The notes: a model not told the origin generated them from the letters alone. A DNA stretch of 64,000 nt from Octopus sinensis (GCF_006345805.1 NC_043000.1:141050001-141114000), one strand, 5' to 3'. Numbered from the stretch's first letter, positions 25,240 to 38,456 are shown. Numbers and translations are program-made.

Positions 25240-25870
25240 ATCATCATCATCATCCTTTAACGTCCGCTTTCCAAGCTAGCATGGGTTGGACGATTTGACT
25301 GAGATCTGGCAACCAGATGGCTGCACCATACTCCAATCTGATCTGGCAGAGTTTCTACAGCTGGATGCCCTTCCTAATGCCAACCACTCCAAGAGTGTAG
25401 TAGGTGCTCTTACGTGCCACCGGCGTGAGGGCCAGTCAGGTGGTACTGGCAACGGCATGCTCAAATGGTGCTTTTCATGTGCCACCTGCACAGGAGCCAG
25501 TCCAGCGGTACTGGCAATGACCTCACTTGAATGTTTTTTCATGTGCCTCCAGCACAAGTACCAGTAAGGCGATGCAGGTAACGATCACATTCGAATGGTG
25601 TTTTTTACGTGCCATCGGCACAGAGGCCAGCTTGTTGCTCTGGCAATGATCACGCTTGTATGGTACTGTTAGCACTCCACTAACATGGATACCAGTCATC
25701 GAATTTGATTTCGATTTCACTTGCCTCAACAGGTGTTTGCTAGCAGAGTTTAGTGTCCAACCCCTGGCATAGGCCACAAGGTTATGGTCTTCACTTGAGC
25801 TTGCCGAGTCTTCTCAAGCACAGCATATTTCCAAAGGTCCTGGTCACTAGTCATTGTCTCGGTGAGGCCC
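25240..25870 (-). mobile_element. RTE 3' UTR and end of ORF
   Basis: (CAT)n tail, conserved 3' end, UTR modules and a degenerate ORF end (CTTCTCAAGCACAGCATATTTCCA). Confidence 0.75.
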
Positions 25871-25914
25871 AATGTTCATAGATTAATGTTTTGGAGATGT
25901 GAAGGCACATAGTT

Positions 25915-26135
25915 TATTGGTTAGGGTGTCAGCATCATGATCGTAAGATTGTGGTTTCGATTCCTGGTTACGGGTGGCGCGTTGTGTTCTTGAGCAAAAC
26001 ACTTCATTTCATGTTGCTCCAGACCACTCAGCTGGCAAAAATGAGTAACGATATGATGGACTGGCGTCTCGTCCAGCTAGGGAACGCATACGCCATTGAA
26101 ACTGGGCCCATGAGCCTGGCTACACTTTAAAAGTG
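25915..26135 (+). mobile_element. tRNA-headed SINE with CORE-like middle and V-domain-like 3' part
   Basis: B-box GGTTTCGATTCC, TTGTGTTCTTGAGCAAAACAC, GATGGACTGGCGTCTCGTCCAG, and tail GAAACTGGGCCCATGAGCCTGGCTA shared with 39770-40055. Confidence 0.65.
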
Positions 26136-26465
26136 TGCATTTATATATTTTAATGTTTTGGAGAGGAAAGATTGGTTATAGTGGTCAGTGCAGGACACAG
26201 AATGATAGAAAGAAGAGAAGAAATGAGTAAGTTAAGAGTTCCTGAGAGAAAGTAGTAGAAGTCAAAGCAGATTGAAGAAAAAGAAGCTCCTGAAGATGTA
26301 AAAGAGGTAGATAGAAGAGACAGCATTTCAGTTGGCCAGAGGCTGGAATGCGTTCATGTTAATCAGTCAAGTGATCTCTCTTTGGATTCACTCTAGGATG
26401 CCAGTGTTTAATGAAGCAGCGAGCAGTAGTTTTGGAGGAATTTCAACTGAACATTATAGAATATC

Positions 26466-27360
26466 CACTGGACAACAAATTTTAGGGTCAAGAAAAAAAC
26501 AAGTTCTCATGTAGATTTTATTATGAAGTTGATTGTGCTAAATTTGAATTTTGTAACAAAAATTTCCCATCACGTCACATTTTCTTGTAAATTATCAACT
26601 TAATAACTTTGCTGTTTATACTAATTTCCACAATACCATAAATTCATTTTGCTCCCAAAATCAGATTAAATTTGTCCATTGTAATTAATTCCGAAATATA
26701 TAATGAACTGGCCTGTTTGCTAACATCATATATAATGTATTAATCTGCTGTAAATAACCTCACTCTATGAATAACCTCCACTCATTTGGTTCATAGGTCA
26801 GCTCAAGGGCATTGAATGGGTCTCTGATACCATTACAATAAGTCAAGTTGTTTTCCAAAGTGAAAAATTGCTGTAGATCTGCAGAACGCTTCCTCAATAT
26901 TGTAATATGAACATCTTTATCCAACAGGTTCCATTGTTGCAGACGTGAGGCCAGGACTTCACTTTGTTCTTAGTGTTAGATCACAAACTAGATCATTAAG
27001 TTCAGGTTGGGTGATGAAGTGTGGTTTCTTGTCAGATACACCACGGATTTGGACCCATAAAGCAATAAAAATATTGAGTGTACTTTTATAATTTTCATAG
27101 ATTAGGTTAACAAATACCTTAGGAATACCCCATTAAAATTATATTAAAATCTGTTCATAACTTTTAGAGTTGTCAGTTTTTGCCCAATCCTGATTGCACT
27201 TAATTTCTGTGGAACCATCAGTATATTTAACGTAAGATGGTAATTTACAAGAAACTGAAGGGTCACAGAAAGAAACAGATGCTATATTCGTGATCTACCC
27301 ACAAAATACCCCTAGAAAAGGTTATTCTCATTTCTGTTTTGTTTTCAGTGTTATACAGTG
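26466..27360 (-). mobile_element. Internally deleted Chapaev3-like element with both termini
   Basis: Termini CACTGGACAAC / GTTATACAGTG; internal PHFITQPELNDLV..LASRLQQWNLL..YEPNEWRLFI. No exact 3-bp TSD seen. Confidence 0.75.
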
Positions 27361-27805
27361 TAATTGATGAAGGATGAAGTATTTTCTGGTTTTGAAAGGA
27401 AAGCCAGTGTTTATGCTGTCATTTTTACTTTGAGCATTACTGGAAGGGATTTTTTGATGGTGAGGCCTAACATTTGTAGCAGCCTTGAGACAACTAGTTA
27501 CATGTTGTTCATGTACAGAGTGTGATGGGAAATCATACTTTCTTGATATGTGTATTGATTAGATGTTTATGTGGTCTTTAATGAGACATAACTGTCTTGA
27601 TCCCACTGGAAGATGTTTACAATGTTTCATTTTAATTGAATCATTTAATTAAGTCAATATAGATTAAGTATGAGATGTCAAGGTTGCATGTAGATGATGC
27701 TTAGGTGTAGAAGGTTTGGAAGAAATAAAGAATGGTATTACATGTGCAGGATTAGACTTTGCTGGGAGGGATGGTAAGTAAGATCTAGAAGCATATGAGT
27801 GTTGA

Positions 27806-28040
27806 GGTGGCGGTGAGCTGGCAGAAACGTTAGCACGCTGGGCGAAATGCTTAGCGGTATTTCGTCTGCCACTATGTTCTGAGTTCAAATTCCACCGAGG
27901 TCGACTTTACCTTTCATCCTTTCGGGGTCGATTAAATAAGTACCAGTTACGTACTGGGGTCGATCTCATCGACTTAATCTGTTTGCCTGTCCTTGTTTGT
28001 CCCCTCTATGTTTAGCCCCTTGTGGGCAATAAAGAAATAA
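27806..28040 (+). mobile_element. SINE family A monomer
   Basis: Same head and body sequence. Confidence 0.9.
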
Positions 28041-28635
28041 GAATGTGGATCAAAGAGAGAAAAAGGGCACGGAGGTGGAGGACATCAGCATATGATACAA
28101 TGGTGCAAACTGACAGGAAGACATTGATCTAAGAGAATAAAAAGGGGCAATACTAACAGAAAGGACATTTTGAACACTAGAAACATTCAAATCAAATGTT
28201 TTGCTGATAAACACTCAGTACAACAACGTAGATTTCAATAAATTTCCTAAGAACTAATAATTGACATAGAGTGTAGATCTCCAGTTTATTTGGCTGAGCA
28301 AAAACTGTACTGATGGTGCTTGAAGAGTGAAAGTGATTTAAGGTGTTGTCAACTGAGATGCTGGAAGTAAAATAAGATGGTAGTTGTCAGTATCAGATGG
28401 ATTGTTCTTCTTGGGAATGTGACACAGTATTAAGAGAAATAGATTGAAATGATTTGTAAACATAGAGTCTATTACTGGGAGACATTGCTTGAGAGTAATG
28501 AGCACAAGATTACTGTTGCTGATTACCTTGTAGGATGAAATGTTTAGATGAAATTTCACACTTAGTATAAATTGTATGCCTTAAAATTAACCCAGTGGAG
28601 TAGAAAAGATCATTTTGGAGATCTATATTGTGTAT

Positions 28636-28868
28636 AAGGCGGCGAACTGGCAGAAACGTTAGCACACTGGGCGAAATGCTTAATGGTATTTCGTCTGCCA
28701 TTATGTTCTGAGTTCAAATTCCACCACGATCAACTTTGCCTTTCATCTTTTCGGGGTCGATAAATTAAGTACCAGTTATGCACTAGGGTCGATGTAATCG
28801 ACTTAATCCCTTTGTCTGTCCTTGTTTGTCCCCTCTGTGTTTAGCCCCTTGTGGGCAATAAAGAAATA
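28636..28868 (+). mobile_element. SINE family A monomer
   Basis: Same head and body; 12-bp TSD ATATTGTGTATA. Confidence 0.9.
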
Positions 28869-30324
28869 TATTGTGTATACAGTGTAGAGTTAGATGCAAA
28901 GTAGGAAGCAAATGTGAAGGCTTTTTTTTGCACAAGAGTGCTAATGGAAAGAAGGAAAATTGGCAGAACTGGTAGAGATCTTTCTGCAAAAGAGCAAAAG
29001 ATCATAACTAAAACTGTTTGAACTAAAACATGAACATTGAGCCATGAGCACTATTGAATGCTCTTGTTGGTTATCCCCAAGTTAAGCTTTATCAAATAGA
29101 CTTATGATCAAAATTATTCTAGCCATGACTCTCTTGACCTCTTTTTAGGCAGCATACTGTGCTCTGAATACAACACTGTGCAACAGGTCTCACAGTAGAT
29201 AAAATGATGTAGTCACTAGAGTGAAGGATAAAGTGTTTTGCATATTTGTTATTAGTTTCTGCACTGTGAATTCAAATTGTGCCAAGATCAACTTTGTATT
29301 TCATACCTTCAGGGATTATAAAATGAAATACAGCAGATTGACAAAATTGTTGAAGTCTGGTGTTATTTGTCCCATTGTCCTAAGTTCTTGAACAATAAAT
29401 TTAATCTATCACCAAGTTTAACACCACCTAGTCCAAGAGTACCTTTAGTAAAGTTAACTCCATAGCTAGAATTCAAGCCAGGTCTATGGTTTAAGAAACT
29501 TTCCTTGTTTCACCAACTTTGCTGGTCTGATAAAAAAGTAAGTGGCATCATGGGTTCTACTCTTCCCCACTTGGCTAGATGATTGAAAAAAGTGAGATTT
29601 GACTGCTATTTCAAGCAGTGTATGTGACCTTGTAGATGCTCCCTTTATGTCTCCTCCATTGCAATATTGTTGCACTGATATCTCGCCACCCTCATCTGGC
29701 ATCTGTTATTGTTTATTGCAATTTCTTAATGTATTTCTTTACGTCTCACTATTGTATTGCTGATGTTCATTTTCTTGTTTTCTTTCAGCTTATGGATGAG
29801 AAATTATAAATAAAAGAAAATGAAAGATATAGGATGGCAGAATAAAGCATCATCTCGAAGATTGTTAAAAAAAAACAGTTTAACACCAGACTGAAGGAAG
29901 CAGAAAATTCTGTTCTTTATGCGTACGAGGGGGTGATGGGGGATAAGAAATTTTTATTATGTTCTGTCATTTGTTGTTTTTTTACCTTCGTTGTTTTATA
30001 TTCTAATTTTTGTTTTTATTTTTCTTCAAATTAAATTCAAGGAATAAATTTTTTTTTTCATTATTACTTTTTCCTTATTTATTAATTTATTTACATGTTT
30101 TTTTTTTTATTTTTATGATTTCTCCAAGGATTTCATAATTAGTTGTCTTTTATGATGACTTTCATTGGCAGAGAAAAATGAACTCAAAAATTATTCACCA
30201 CCCAACTCCTTACCCTTTCCCTCTTTTGTTCCTTTTCACTCGTTTTAAATGTGTTGTATTGGCTTTTAATGTTAACCTCAAGCTGGTCAGAAAACACAAG
30301 CATGAACACACACATTCGCTACAC

Positions 30325-30639
30325 ATACGAATTTATATATACATATACATATATATCCATACATATATATATATACATATATATATATGTATATACATAT
30401 GTATATACATATACATATATGTATATACATATATATATATACATATACATATATGTATATACATATACATATACATATATATATATGTATATACATATAC
30501 ATATACATATATATATATGTATATACATATACATATATATATGTATATACATATACATATATATGTATATACATATATACATATATATGTATATATATAT
30601 ATATATATACATATATATACACACATATATATATATGTT

Positions 30640-30672
<33 letters not shown>

Positions 30673-30835
30673 GTATATATATATACACACACACATATAT
30701 ATATATATGTATATATATATGTGTATATATAGGTTCACATACATATGAATACTATTGTATGTATATATATATATGTGTATGCATATGTATATGTGTGTGT
30801 GTGTGTGCATGTGTATATGTGTGTGTGTGTGTACA
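30325..30835. repeat. Compound (TA)n/(TACA)n/(TG)n microsatellite of about 500 bp
   Basis: Directly visible; open in several frames, giving artefactual ORFs. Confidence 0.95.
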
Positions 30836-31773
30836 TACAGACACACTTGTGCTTGTATAAAGGAAACAGTGAGAAAAAGACAGTATTTATATTTATTTTT
30901 GGTGGGGTTTGTTCACTTTGTTTTCAAGCCAAACATGGTACAGCTTTTGTTTTGTTAAACTATCTTTGCATCTATCTCCCAAAAGAATTCTTTATATTAC
31001 TGAGATGAATTTCGTTATCAACTTCAATAAAACTGTTCTTCATTTGTTTATAGTCTTTTCAAAATTATTATTACTATTATTAATCTCTTTTTATTTTTTT
31101 GCCTTTATTTATTTGCCATACAACAAACAAACAAACAAAAATTTATATTCTGACACAGAATATAATATATTTCAGAAATAATATATGGATTCCATTTGTA
31201 TAAAACTTTTGCATTTCTTCCACCCTCTGCTTTGCAACCTATATAATCAGACATACAAACATGCTAAGAACTCTTCTCTCCTGTATTCTCCCACCCTTAC
31301 TAATTTCTTGTCTCTGTCTGAGCTTCATTTTCAATCAGTGTACAAAGAAAATATGGCAGAAAAGTGTTCGAGGAGAGAGATCATAAATTTAAGTAAGACA
31401 TACAGACCAGACACATTAGTCATCAGTTTTCAAAAGAAATTACTGAAACAATAACATGATTTTGAAATTTTTTAATTTCAGTTTTTTTCCCCTCATATTT
31501 GTCATACGCTGACAGCATCAATGGTCAAATATATATATATATGGCAGTTGATCAGAAAAAATAATATATAAATTTGTAAAAAGCTGTACACTGAATTCAG
31601 TTTACCCTTGTAATATTTTTCATTTTAAATTTCTATTCTTCTTTGAATGCATTATGGATATATAGATGTATAGACTCATATATGTATTTATTATATGTAT
31701 ATAGGTATATATCTGATACTGTATATATGTATATGTAGATATATATTTAAGTATACATATATATCCATGTATG

Positions 31774-31810
<37 letters not shown>

Positions 31811-32171
31811 CACTTCAAATACGTATTTATGAATATTAATATGTCTATTCCAAAATGTATAAAAATAAGAGATTAACTGAACAAAGAATAATATAGAGAG
31901 TTAAACATTTATTGTAAGAAAGTTGATAATTACTTGAAAGTTATGCTGGGGGTTAGGTATGTCTGTGTAGTTAAGAACTTCATACATACATATATATATA
32001 TATATTTGTGTGTATATATCTATGTATGTGTGTATGCATATATGTATGTATATGATTGTCTGCTTATATTCTTTAACATAAATGCTTTTTCGAATGATAC
32101 AAAAACTTTTGCTTTTTTGTTTCTTATTTTAGTCATATATATGACTGAGTAAAAGAGTATATATATATTAT

Positions 32172-34527
32172 TTAGAATCAACCTAGCCAAAACCAAAGTC
32201 CTAATAAGTAGGAAGGTGGACCAACCACAAACGACTTCAGGTAGATGGCCCTGCTCGATCTGTAAAAAAGGTGTAGGTAGAAACTCTATAAGGTGCACCA
32301 AGTGTAAGCTATGGACACATAATGTCAAAGGAAGGCTAACTAAGAAAATAGTTTTTGTCTGTGGCAGATGCTCAAGAGAAATAAACACTGGAAATGTGCA
32401 GAGACCAACTTCTACCACGTTCCAGGGAGACAAACTAGAAGTAGTTGATAGCTTCCGCTACCTAGGAGACCAAGTCAGTAGCGGGGGTGGGTGTGCTGAA
32501 AGTGTAACTGCTAGAGTAAGAATAGCCTGGGCAAAGTTTAGAGAGCTCTTACCCCTGCTGGTGACAAAAGGCCTCTCGCTAAGAGTAAAAGGCAGACTAT
32601 ATGATGCGTGTGTACGTACAGCCATGCTACATGGTAGTGAAACATGGGCCGTGACAGCTGAGGATATGCGTAAGCTTGCAAGAAATGAAGCCAGTATGCT
32701 CCGATGGATGTGTAATGTTAGTGTTCATAATCGTCAGAGTGTAAGTACTTTGAGAGAAAAGTTGAACCTAAGAAGTGTCAGTTGTGGTGTGCAAGAGAGA
32801 CGGCTGCGCTGGTATGGTCATGTGACGAGAATGGCTGAAGATAGTTGTGTGCAAAAGTGCTACACCCTAGCAGTTGAGGGAACCTGTGGAAGAGGTAGAC
32901 CCAGGAAAACCTGGGACGAGGTGGTGAAGCACGACCTTCGAACTTTAGGTCTCACCAAGGAAATGACTGAAGACCGAGTCCTATGGAAGTGTGCTGTGCA
33001 TGAGAGGACCCGGCAGGACTAGTCAGGCCATATCCCGTGGCCCCTACCTGGGACGTAGTCGATCCACCTGTGCATACCTTCCTTCTTGTGACACTTGTGA
33101 AGACCTGCTGAGGCAAGTGAAAATCAATCAAAATAGATGAACATCAATGGAATTTGTATCTTTGTGGTACCAGTGCCTGTGGCACACAAGAAAACCATCC
33201 GAACGTGGCCGTAGCCAGTACCGCGTCGACTCGCCTCCGTGATGTGGGAACATGGTGGCACATAAAAACACCATCCGAAGACCCGGCAAGACTAGTCAGG
33301 CCATAACCCATGGCCCCTACCTGGGACGTAGTCAGTCCACCTGTGCATACCTTCCTTCTTGTGACACTTGTGAAGACCTGTTGAGGCAAATCAAAATCAA
33401 AACAAATCAAAATAGATGAACATCAATGGAATCTGTATCTTTGTGGTACCAGTGCCGGTGGCACACAAGAGAACCATCCGAACGTGGCCGTAGCCAGTTC
33501 CGCATCGACCGGCCTCCTTGCTGTGGGCACGTAACAAACACCATCCGATCATGGCCGTTCGCCAGCCTCATCTGGCACCTGTGTCGGTGGCACATAAAAA
33601 CACCTTCCGAAGACCCGGCAAGACTAGTCAGTCCACCTGTGCATACCTTCCTCTTGTGACACCTGTGAAGACCGGTTGAGGCAAGTGAAAATCAAATCAA
33701 ATCAAATCAAATCAAAATAGACAAATAGATGAACATCAATGGAATTTGTATCTTGTGGTACCAGTGCCTGTGGCACACAAGAAATCCATCAGTGCTGTAG
33801 TCAGTGCGGTGGGCACATGACAAACCCCATCCGATCGTGGCCGTTCGCCAGCCTCATCTAGCACCTGTGTCGGTGGCACATAAAAACACCATCCGAAGAC
33901 CCGGCAAGACTAGTCAGGCCATAACCCATGGCCCCTACCTGGGACGTAGTCAGTCCACCTGTGCATACCTTCCTTCTTGTGACACTTGTGAAGACCTGTT
34001 GAGGCAAGTGAAAATCAATCAAAACAAATCAAAATAGATGAACATCAATGGAATTTGTATCCTTGTGGTACCAGTGCCGGTGGCACGTGGCACACAAGAA
34101 AACCATCCGAACGTGGCCGTAGCCAGTACCGCATCGACTGGCCTCCGTGCTGTGGGCACGTAACAAGCACCATCCGATCGTGGCCGTTTTGCCAGCCTCA
34201 TCTGGCACCTGTGTCGGTGGCACATAAAAACACCATCCGAGCGTGGCCGTCTGCCAGCCTCGTCTGGCACCTGTGTCGGTGGCACATAAAAAACACCATC
34301 CGAGCGTGGCCGTTTGCCAGCCTCGTCTGGCACCTGTGTCGGTGGCACATAAAATCACCCACTACACTCTCGGAGTGGTTGGCGTTAGGAAGGGCATCCA
34401 GCTGTAGAAACACTGCCAGATCTGACTGGACTGGTGTAGCTTTCGGGCTCCCCAGACCCCAGTTGAACCGTCCAACCCATGCTAGCATGGAAAGCGGACG
34501 TTAAATGATGATGATGATGATGATGAT

Positions 34528-34530
<3 letters not shown>
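32172..34530 (+). mobile_element. 5'-truncated RTE-clade LINE with expanded 3' UTR
   Basis: Open frame to TAG at 33022 (SGRWPCSICKKGVG..., LGDQVSSGGGC, RRLRWYGHV); four UTR units; (GAT)n tail. Confidence 0.95.
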
Positions 34531-34561
<31 letters not shown>

Positions 34562-34565
34562 CATA

Positions 34566-34791
34566 CAGGGTGAGGTGAATATATACTCGTCTAAACTATG
34601 CTATAAGGAAAATAAAACTGACATCTCATTTTAACATATATTCACCAAAATTACATTAAAATATTATCTTGAAATACTAAAGACTAAATTTATTCAATAA
34701 AATCGCCATTGGCTTCAACCACGACCTCCAGACGACTTTGAAATCACCTGAAACTCTTCTGGGTGGTCCTCTTGTTTAAGTTGGTAAGAAT
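34566..34791 (-). mobile_element. Tc1/mariner-type transposon 3' end
   Basis: TA + CAGGGTGAG terminus in a (TA)n tract; minus translation NLNKRTTQKSFR*FQSRLEVVVEANGDFIE*. Confidence 0.7.
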
Positions 34792-35895
34792 TTAATGCGA
34801 CCATAAAAGGCAAAGATGTTTCCAACATTTTGAATAATTACCATTGCAAATGGCAAATATCATGGAAGTTGTATGTCGGTATTTGTACAGATGGAGCTCC
34901 ATCAATGGTAGGCTGTGTTAAGAACCTTACATCTTTTGTAAAACATCAAAAGGAAAATGTCATCATAACTCACTGCTTTCTTCATAGAGAAGCATTGATG
35001 GCAAAAACATTAGGAGACAAATTAAGAAAAGTTTGGAATCAAGCTGTTGAGATTGTAAATTATATAAAAACAAGACCAGTTAAGTCACATTTATTTGAAC
35101 AGTTTTGTATTGATATAGATTTACAACACAAAATCCTGCTTTTGCACACAGTGGCTTTCAAAGGGGAAAGTACTTAATTGTATGTATAAGCTACAACAAA
35201 AGCTACTGAAGTTTTTTTAAGAAATGAAACAAAACTACTTTTGTGAGCTCCTTCGATGTAGATTTTGGATTAGCAGATTAGTGTATTTGGCTGATATATT
35301 TTGAATACTAGCATGCAAGGTAATAAAAAAAATGTTTTGACATCTACTGATAAAATGAAAGTATTTCAGAAAAAACTACTTATCTGGAAGAAAAGAGCTT
35401 CTGAGGGTAATCTGGAAATGTTTCCTATGATAAGTAGAACTTGCATAAATGATATCTTCTCTTTAATACTTGAACATTTGACAAATTTGGAAAATAAATT
35501 AAATTATTATTTTCCATCACTTAACACTGAACAATATGCTTGGATTCAAAATCCATTCATATATTTCAGATGTTGCTAGTTTAACATTAACTGAAGAAGA
35601 AGCAGCTATATCCACTAATGGTGGACTGAAGATTAAATATAAGGAATCTAGTTTGAAAAATTTTGGATTTCAATCAGAGAAGAATACCAGTCAATATCCA
35701 AAAAGCTTTAGCCATTTTACTACAATTTTCAACATCATATTTATGTGAATAAGGATTTTCCACTCTCCCCAACATCAAGTGCAAAAAGTGAACAAATCTT
35801 CTGTCTATTGACAAGGAAATGAGTGCTTGCTTATCATACATATGTCCCAACATTGAAGAGATTGTCAAGACATGCCAGGTTCATACTTCTCATCA
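34792..35895 (+). pseudogene. hAT (Buster/Charlie, FAM200/ZBED5-like) transposase remnant
   Basis: GICTDGAPSMVG, THCFLHREAL, LLLHT..WLSKGKVL, FQKKLLIWK, WIQNPF; several frameshifts and stops. Confidence 0.85.
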
Positions 35896-36060
35896 GAGCA
35901 AAATAAAGGTATATACCCTTTTTTCAGTTATTTCTGTATTTCTTTACATTTTGCATTATATTTCTTAGCATTTTCTGTGTAGTATGCCTGCAATTTCTTG
36001 TAAGGCTTCAAGTGTGCCACGACTTCTAAAAGATGCTCGAAGATGTAGAGCAGTTAATAC

Positions 36061-36145
36061 TATAGTGGGGTTGGCTGGTTTATGGGGTTTCCCCTTATGA
36101 GTGAGAAACCCAGGGTAACCACATAAACCAGCCTACCCCACTATA
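36061..36145. repeat. 85-nt hairpin-forming inverted repeat
   Basis: 33-bp arms with 3 mismatches and a loop of about 19 nt. Confidence 0.7.
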
Positions 36146-36427
36146 ATATATATATATATATTTGTGCACTAATTATGAAATCATATGATCTGCAGCTGAA
36201 TCTGTTTTTAAGATTGCTCGCTTCGAGAGTTGCATTCCCTAGTGTTTGGTAAAATGTGTTTATTATGGTAGTTTTGATTTTAACAGTCCCTCATAGCATG
36301 AGGCATTTTTGTATAGTAATGCCCTTAATATAAATCTATTTAAAGGGAATAATTAATAATTTTTCTCTTATGAGGTTTTTCACGCTGACTACTTGATAAA
36401 TTCTTAAAAAGATTTTATCCTATTTTT

Positions 36428-36479
<52 letters not shown>

Positions 36480-36480
36480 T

Positions 36481-36640
36481 CAGCATGATAGATTGGTTGC
36501 CACTACACACATTTTTTTCTCTCCTTGTTTCTTTCTGTGGAAGAGCATAGGCTTGAAACGTTAAAGACTTTTTCTATTCCTGACCGTTATACTAATACAT
36601 CTGTTTGTTTTCTACACCACCTGTCTTCGTCTTTTGTTTA
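36481..36640 (+). mobile_element. Penelope-like terminal repeat fragment with hammerhead-like motif
   Basis: TCTTT-CTGTGGA-A-GAGC-ATAG-GCTT-GAAACGT-T-AAAGA at 36530-36567; related to 53002-53211 and about 4290-4395. Confidence 0.55.
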
Positions 36641-37029
36641 TTTTTCATGAATTTTGTGTGTGTGTGTGTGTGTGTGTGTGCGTGCGCGTATGCCTTGGAA
36701 GAGTCATTATTGCTCAGGTTCAATTCCACTTCTTTATGGTTAGTCACTTGGTTAAATATTTAACCAACGAACTAATCGATTGTTTTACATGCAGGCTAAA
36801 TAGTCAGTCATCTGTTTGTTAAATGAAAGCTCTTTTGTCGCTATTCACAACTATTTCAGTGTCTTAGTGACTTCTCCTCTCATCCCAAGGTCTACTCTGT
36901 GTCTGTCTGAGAATTAGTTTTATGTCTGTGTGTATGCATGTTTGTATGAGTGTGTGTTTACTTAGAATAGAAGGAAGCAGCTATATTCATCAATGGGTTT
37001 GTATGTGTGTGTGTGTGCATGCCTATATA

Positions 37030-37330
37030 CATGACGGTTGTTCAAGAGAAAGCTAAAAGTTTGTATGATGATTTGCAGAATGAGTGGGTGTACAATTTCT
37101 GATGGCTAAGAAAGATTAGTTCAAATGGTTTTTAAATAAACTTAATATGCCCAACATTAAGGTAATTTATAACAGTCTTTGTATCATCTAACACAGTAGC
37201 TGCAAATAATTATCCTGTGGAAATACAGAAATCTGCTGAGCTAGAATTAATGAAGATGTGACTAATCCCCCAAAATAAACAGACCAACTGTAAATTGACG
37301 CCAACTGTCAGAAAAATCAAAAATGTTGAT
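37030..37330 (+). pseudogene. Tigger/pogo-like transposase remnant
   Basis: VQEKAKSLYDDL..FKWFLNKLNMPNIKV..AANNYPVEI, across frameshifts. Confidence 0.5.
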
Positions 37331-37575
37331 GGAAAATGTAATCTCAATACAAACGAAGGAATCATTAAATTTCCAGTGGGTGAGACAAAATGGAATATTC
37401 AAGTTATATAAAAGCTTGAGAATGCATGTAACAGATGAGTAAAAAAAAATCCAGAAATCTCATGAATACTTTATTCACAGTCTTTTTAGGCTCCTGAAAA
37501 CTTACTTGATTAAAACAGGTTTACACATAATCAACAAAAGCCTTGAAAGCTATTTACACAGCGTCTGCTTGAGCA

Positions 37576-38005
37576 TGTAGTGACGCTATCTTGGAAATTT
37601 CCAGCATGCATATGCAGGGTTGGATTCTTCCGGGAGGCCCGCCTGAAGTTCCCTCATGCACATGCACAGAAAACTAGCAGCAGTGAAATTCCCTCGTATC
37701 GCTCTCTTGAACGCCAGCAGCTGAACAAGACAGACGTGTTTTAGCACCTCTCTCAAGCTGCTATCTCATGGCGTATCTCTGCTATGCTTGAATGGACAGG
37801 ATTTAGCCCACTCCACTTGACTACTGTGATAAGCTCCTAGGCTGCCGATTCACCCAGAAAGAAGAAATGTATATATTGCAGATCAAGAAATAATTATTTA
37901 TACTGTTGAAGTTAATCGGAAGTCTTGACTCTTTCTTCGATTAATATTTTATGTAAAGGATGCGAGCTGCACCCATCCAGTGTTGGGACCTCTCATCCTG
38001 TTACA
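37576..38005. mobile_element. Solo LTR (430 bp)
   Basis: TG...CA ends, 4-bp TSD AGCA, and an inverted homologue at 60309-60740. Confidence 0.85.
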
Positions 38006-38456
38006 AGCACTTTTCCAGATACCTCTTCATGGTTAATTACAGCTAAGTTGCTTCCATCTGAACCTGAGATACAATTTGGCCATTTAGATCTCACGGTCAA
38101 AGAAAATTGAATGTTTCTGGAAGGGAAGATGCAAAAGTATTCATGACTGTGTATGTGTGTCTGTATGTCCACATGTGCTTGCTTTATATTGAAACTGGGC
38201 AACAGTGAATTTGTCTGTCCCACATAAATGAAAACCTTTGCAGCTTACCAGTTAATTGTGCAAAGATATGGAAGAAAGGTCCTTACTAAAAAATAAATAA
38301 AGGTTTGAGCCTTAGAAACTTGCTCAAGAAGTCCTGTCTAATTCATACTAGCATGGACCAAAATCGCAATTGAAATGATGGTGACAATAGAATTATAGGT
38401 ATAATGGTACAGTGCCTGAAAGGTTATTATAAGTTTGATGTTAGTTTAACATATAG

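Larger units (their letters stand above)
26150..28990 (-). mobile_element. Old L2/CR1-group LINE interrupted by a Chapaev3 derivative and two SINEs
   Basis: Degenerate translations HIPKKNNPSDTDNYHLILL (about 28400), FKTRKYF..HQL (about 27380) and RIQ...LINMNAFQPLA (about 26350) occur in ORF2 order. Confidence 0.5.

Noticed and set aside
30178-30958. Long ORFs (up to 184 aa) rich in Y/I/H/T/C/V, also at 5318-5989, 8303-8818, 12235-12623 and 13302-13742
   Set aside because: They are translations of dinucleotide and tetranucleotide microsatellites.
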